A DNA stretch of 64,000 bases from Heteronotia binoei (taxonomy: Eukaryota). Within the stretch, counting starts at the first letter, position 1. Every line of letters begins with the position of its first letter. Below the pieces are notes generated by a model. That model searched no databases. It saw nothing but the letters and a program-made list of their open reading frames with translations, and was not told where the DNA came from. The DNA is taken from the NCBI RefSeq assembly GCF_032191835.1, contig NC_083228.1, positions 30,504,001-30,568,000 on the forward strand. Reading direction: 5' to 3'. Of the stretch, positions 59,058-64,000 are shown piece after piece. A program made the translations under genes and the position numbers.

Positions 59058-59161
59058 CTCGACGTGTCTGGAAGAACTACCTACCAGCAATTAACGGGAT
59101 TGTCTTTTTAGTGGACTGTGCAGATCACCCACGTCTTATGGAATCCAAAGTGGAGCTTAAT
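59058..59161 (+). CDS. SAR1A: SAR1A coding exon 4
   Basis: ttgcag|CTCGAC...CTTAAT|gtatgt; (A)[34 protein letters not shown]. Confidence 0.97.
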
Positions 59162-59297
59162 GTATGTAGCATTTTTAACTGGTGATACTGTTGCCATTAC
59201 ACTTTCTATTTCTGACTGTGCAGAATATTTTTTTTCCTTTAAGAAACTGCCTTAAGATGTATTGTATGTATTCAAATGGAGAAAAATGTGGTAGATT

Positions 59298-59424
59298 CAG
59301 GGCTTTTTTGAGTAGGAGCGCAGTTCCAGCTGGCTTGGCATCGGGGTTGAAAAAGCCCAGCAGGAACTCATTTGCATATGCAAATGAGTCTTTGCTGGGC
59401 TTTTTCTGCCAAAAAAAAGGCCTG
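59298..59424. mobile_element. hAT MITE (CAGGGCTTTT family)
   Basis: TSD ggtagatt/agtacatt; contains the palindrome ctcatttgcatatgcaaatgag. Confidence 0.75.
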
Positions 59425-59896
59425 AGTACATTATTCCAGCATGATGAACCCAAATGGAAAAGAGAAAAAAGAGCTGAGTTTCTGACAACTGTTCCAGCTG
59501 TATAGCTAGTGATGGCACTAACAGCGACCATTCTAGCTCCTTGTTTGTGGTCCTCTGATCAACTGGAAGTTAGTACGTGGAGGATCGTATTGTAGAGCAG
59601 GGAATCAAGAGTTGAAGACTTTCTGGCTCCTACCAGCCCAAGGAAAATATTTGTTCTTCAAAATGATCTGAGAGTTCTAACCTAGGCAGACCCTATTTTG
59701 AGATGCTGCTGCTGTAATATTACGCTTTAATAAAGTTTCGTGAGAATCTTTAATAGAAGAAATCTTGGTGCAAGCCTGAATACACTTGCTGGCAAGAAAT
59801 TACTTGCAGCAGCACTTGTTCAGGTAGAGTTATCTACAGTCATTACTCGTTTGCTGCAAATATTTTATGACATGTCATTCTCTATTTTACCATTAG

Positions 59897-60028
59897 GCAC
59901 TAATGACTGATGAAACAATATCCAATGTGCCGATTCTTATCTTGGGTAACAAAATTGACAGACCAGAAGCTATCAGTGAGGAGAAGCTGCGAGAAATTTT
60001 TGGGCTTTATGGACAGACCACAGGAAAG
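59897..60028 (+). CDS. SAR1A: SAR1A coding exon 5
   Basis: cattag|GCACTA...GGAAAG|gtaagg; [44 protein letters not shown]. Confidence 0.97.
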
Positions 60029-60134
60029 GTAAGGAGTAAATCTGGGTATAAAGTAAGAAAAAAATAGTACTGTGTTACAAAACCCACATCCCTCAAAAGT
60101 CTCTCATCTCTTAATGGAAGTATATTTCAAAGTC

Positions 60135-60360
60135 AGAGCCAGTATGGTCCAGTTGCAACAGTGTCAAGTGAGAGACTCAGGTCTGAATCCCCACTCTGCC
60201 ATGAAAGCTTGATGGGCAACCTTGGGCTCATCACCTTCTCTCAGCCTAGCCTGCCTCACAGGTAGGTGTTAGGTTAAAATGAGGGATGGGGGAGAACAAC
60301 ATTGTAAGCTATTTGGGCTCACCATTGGGGACAAAAGCAGTGTATAAATGTCTAAATAAA
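60135..60360 (+). mobile_element. Old MIR/Squam3A-like SINE
   Basis: agagccagtatgg...aatccccactctgccatg...ctctcagcctagcctgcctcacagg...aaataaa; similar decayed copy at about 51060-51270. Confidence 0.6.
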
Positions 60361-60807
60361 TTTGAATCTTAGTGACCTTTAAAATATTGGAGAATTTTTG
60401 CAAATATCCTCTCCATCTATCTGAGGTACAGTTAGTCTGTTAGCCACAGCTGTAATAAAATTACCTTTCATTGAGGTTTGCAAGTGCTTATTGGAGACGG
60501 ATCTTGAACTTGGATTACTTCTGCCCCTCTTGCTCTTTTGAATAGACAAATTTGTACTATAAATTATGTGCAGGAAAGCTTGCATGTGAGGAATATGAAT
60601 GGACAAACTTTTTGAATTTCCCCCCACTAATTTAAATCAGTATACCTGCTTGTGCTGCCATGCGTCTGCTTCTGTTGATATAGCATAAGATGCGGTTCTT
60701 GGACTTCTGTTTTGTTATTCTGTGCCACTCAAAAGATAGAATGGTCATGTGGCAAATCTATGTCAAATCAGAGCAGATGAATGTTAAGCTAACGCTGTTT
60801 GTATTTA

Positions 60808-61012
60808 GGGGGTAGGGACTGTTGCTCAGTGGAAGACCTCTGCTTTGTGTGCAGAAGGTCCCAGGGCTCAGTCCCCGGCATCTCCAGTTAAAAGGACCAG
60901 GTAGTAGGTGATGTAAAAGACCTGAGGTCCTGGAGAGCTGCTGCTAGTCTGAGTAGACAATAGTGGCATTGGTGGACCAAGGGTCTGTTTCAGTATAAGG
61001 CAACTTCATGTG
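60808..61012 (+). mobile_element. tRNA-derived SINE with CR1-like tail (Squam2-like)
   Basis: Forward copy of the 50341-50539 family, ending about 60 nt before the last SAR1A acceptor. Confidence 0.65.
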
Positions 61013-61075
61013 TATTCTGTGTTGCAACCTAAGATAACAAAATCTGTACGAATGACTTCTTGTTTGACTTTCCAG

Positions 61076-61192
61076 GGAAACGTGCCACTGAAGGACTTAA
61101 ACACACGCCCCATGGAAGTGTTCATGTGTAGTGTACTGAAGAGACAAGGCTACGGTGAAGGTTTCCGTTGGCTATCGCAGTACATTGACTGA
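61076..61192 (+). CDS. SAR1A: SAR1A coding exon 6 (last)
   Basis: ttccag|GGAAAC...GACTGA; [38 protein letters not shown]. Confidence 0.97.
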   Translation, partial: GNVPLKDLNTRPMEVFMCSVLKRQGYGEGFRWLSQYID

Positions 61193-63649
61193 TATTTGGA
61201 GAGATGGATCTACTTCTGGACTGATCCTGTTCACAGCTTCCTTATGGACTTTTCTATTAGAACATGGAAGGCTCTCCAACCGCATACTGGCAGTGACCCA
61301 GAAATTCCTGTCTTCAGTTACCCTACATCACAGTGGTGACACAATTCTTTTCCTCTTGCCTGGGAGATTACACTCTGTACACAGGTGCAGGTTGTCACTT
61401 CCAGTTGCCGTAGCTTTCTGTGGAAGCCATGGCTTTCAGTTACAACGGGGCTGGTGAGCTCGGGTGCAAAGCTCTGCACACAGTACTCTAGTGGCTGAAA
61501 AAGGGAACATGTCTCACCACTGTGGCCAATTGACAAAAGAAAGCAATTATATTTTTTAAAGAAAGTGTTTAATGTAAATGGTGTCCCTTTAGATTTTTTT
61601 TCCCCAGTTAGCATTCATCTTGTTTGGGCCAGAATCCGTTAAGAATTTTTAAAACACATATATTGAAGGGTATTTAGGTTGTTCCCAAATTATTAAACCA
61701 GCTATCATGATACTCAAAATCTTTAGTAAACAGAGTGGGGCTTAATTGCCCGGTGAGATGGTTGTGCCATGTCACACTGCTTGATCATGAAGACGGTGCT
61801 ATTGGGACTGACTTGTGCAATGATTTTTTTTTTCCTTCTTAATTTACAGGGATTTTAGTTGGGGATGGGGTGGGGGGAACAGAGCACGCACACAGGCACA
61901 CTTGTTCTAGTTTTCCATGTCCTCATTGGGTTGGAGTCTAAATGCGGTTACTCACCTTTGCCCACCTCTATAAGTTCTGATCACTTTCTCGCCAGCTGTC
62001 TCTTTTGCAGCAGCAGCAACATTCTCAGACTTATGGGTTATTACTTGTTCTACATTGCAGGCAGTTGCTGCGCACAGCAGTGGAAATCATGGATTTGTTT
62101 TGTTGAGTTACTATAGCATTAAAGTGTTCCAACATAACGCATATCATAATGCTATTAATGTAAACTAACCCCTTTTCTTTTTTTATATTCAACAGAGCTT
62201 GTGTTTGAATTTCCATTCCTGTCTCCACATCTTCATTTTTAGTAAAAAAAAAAAAAAAGTAAAAAAAGTAAGACATCTTTCTCAGAGTGGCTTAGTGGTC
62301 TGGAAATACCTTGGCTTAGTTCTTGTTACAAAACATGAAATACAGCACAGCAATGTAGCAGGTGAATGCAGGCTGTGATGCTTCAGGCACTTGTTCTGCA
62401 GACAGGTATATCAATGCTGTGAATTGTGTCTTGTAATTTGATTGACTGCTGTGGTCCTATGACCTTTGTCTTAACAATTAATTCCCTGAAAGAGAGGTTT
62501 CAGATCCTTGACAGTTGGAAGCCCCAAAGCTTCTTGTGCTGGTGGTGATTGCCTGTTACCTGCAAGTGTTGAAAATGCAGTTCCTTCAACCACGGAACCT
62601 GTCAGTTTTGCCTAATGCTCTGGCATGTCAGTTTGCTTCAGCTTACCTAAAGCTGCGTGAACACTTGAGTGCCAAGTGGCCCCCTGAAAATGCTCTGTTG
62701 CAGTCTTGTAATGCAGCTGTGCTTTGCTGTCAGCAAAGAGTTGAGCATACTGCAGAAATGATACTTAAGTTGTACATGTGTATAGGTCTGACTTGCAAAG
62801 TGCGAAACGGTATACCCCAAGACAGTGACACTGAACCTTGATTGGAAGAACCACGGAATAGCAGACTATTCCCCAAAAGGGTAACTAGACAGATGTCTGA
62901 CTCCAGGATCAAGAGGGCTCCCACTTCTAGAATGTTAAGTCATTTTGTAGCTGTTCGTCTGTGTCTTCGCCACCAAAATGGCAGCATATCTCACTACCGG
63001 AGTCTTGAGTTCTTTTAATCCTGTCTCTGTGAAGTCTGTGGGTTTTCTATAGAAGGATCGTCACTCGTCTATCTGTGACTCTCCCTTAGGCCAAAGTGCC
63101 TATGGATTTGGTGCCAAGGAGGTGTTAGAGAACAACACCAAACTATAGTGACCCAGCCGATACTCTTGACTTTGTTGATCAGACGTAAATAATCCTGTCT
63201 CCAGGACTGAGCACCTAAAGTTCTCCTATTTGGCTGTTACATTCAAGGAATGCAAAAGGAGGTTCCTCTTAAATCAACACAAGACTTGCTAACCCTTACC
63301 TGAAATGGCACATTCTGGTTCCATGCTTAAAGACGTTGTAAGCAGAGCCATAAGATCGGTGCCGGTCAGAGCACAGCCTTCTATGAAGGTGGTAATCCTA
63401 GCCACCGGAGAAAGTGATTGTGAATGGCTCTGCCCTGTCCCCCCCCCCCCCTCTGCCTGCCATGTACTGTCAATAGACAAGTCTTAACACCTCGATGTAT
63501 GGATATAAAGTTTAATATATACTGTAGAAATTGGAGTACAGATTGGACAGTCAAAAGAACATCGTTCTGTTAGCAAAATGTTTTAACTTGCCATTTCTGG
63601 AAACGTGAAACATGTTTGCAGAGAGGTTTGTCTGTATCCAAAACATTTT

Positions 63650-63655
63650 AATAAA
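63650..63655 (+). promoter_or_regulatory. Candidate distal SAR1A polyadenylation signal
   Basis: AATAAA followed by T-rich sequence about 2.45 kb after the stop; a weaker ATTAAA is at 62118-62123. Confidence 0.45.
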
Positions 63656-64000
63656 AGTTTTTTTTAAAAAATCACTTTCACACTCGATGGACTGAATGTG
63701 ACCATAATAGTGAGTTAAACATTGGCCGGGTGGGGTGTTCAGGAGCACAGTAGTGTTCTCAGTAATTTTTATGGCTGTCTTAATCTATTTTTAGTATTCT
63801 GTTACAGTGAAGGTTTTGGGGATTAAAATTTTCCCCTTAGCAATTCTTTTCAGTATATATAAGCAGGACCTTTTTTTTTTAGCAGGAAAGCACAGGAATG
63901 CAGTTCTGGCTGGCTTGGCATCAGGGGGTGTGGTCTAATATGCAAATTAATTCTGGCTGGGCTTTTTCTTCACAAAAGCTTATGCTCTGGTTCAGGGGAG

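Larger units (their letters stand above)
55453..61192 (+). other. SAR1A: SAR1A gene, complete CDS span (6 coding exons, 198 aa)
   Basis: 58+120+66+104+132+117 = 597 nt. G1 GLDNAGKT, G3 DLGG, G4 NKID. SAR1A-type residues (FEWIYNG, GHEQ, ETISNVP) and synteny with PPA1. Confidence 0.97.

Overview
Vertebrate genomic DNA from a squamate reptile, most likely a gecko. The taxon is inferred from the SINE content (Sauria SINE plus a gecko-type Squam3-like tRNA SINE). Three spliced genes lie on the + strand, in the order known from the human 10q22 block. (1) NPFFR1: the last two coding exons (16174-16273, 17152-18043); the TM1-TM2 exon is not in the window. (2) PPA1: complete, 11 coding exons, 873 nt, 290 aa, 27935-49249. 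(3) SAR1A: complete, 6 coding exons, 597 nt, 198 aa, 55453-61192, with a CpG-island non-coding first exon near 53.1-53.3 kb. All exons were spliced by hand at GT-AG junctions and give open frames. The rest is transposon-rich: many hAT MITEs with visible 8-bp TSDs, tRNA- and 5S-derived SINEs, a young 5'-truncated L2, L1/CR1 remnants, solo LTRs with 5-bp TSDs, and Penelope-derived inverted repeats. I found no clearly new protein-coding system. The best leads are: (a) two independent hAT insertions into the same 8-bp site of a related MITE; (b) a hAT>Sauria SINE>L2 nest whose L2 tail matches the commonest SINE in the window; (c) decayed minimal hammerhead-ribozyme cores in Penelope remnants; (d) a 5S-derived SINE in the NPFFR1 3'UTR; (e) inverted repeats bracketing PPA1 exons; (f) a UPRE/CREB3-type motif cluster at SAR1A. 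Repeat family names come from recall, not from a database search.
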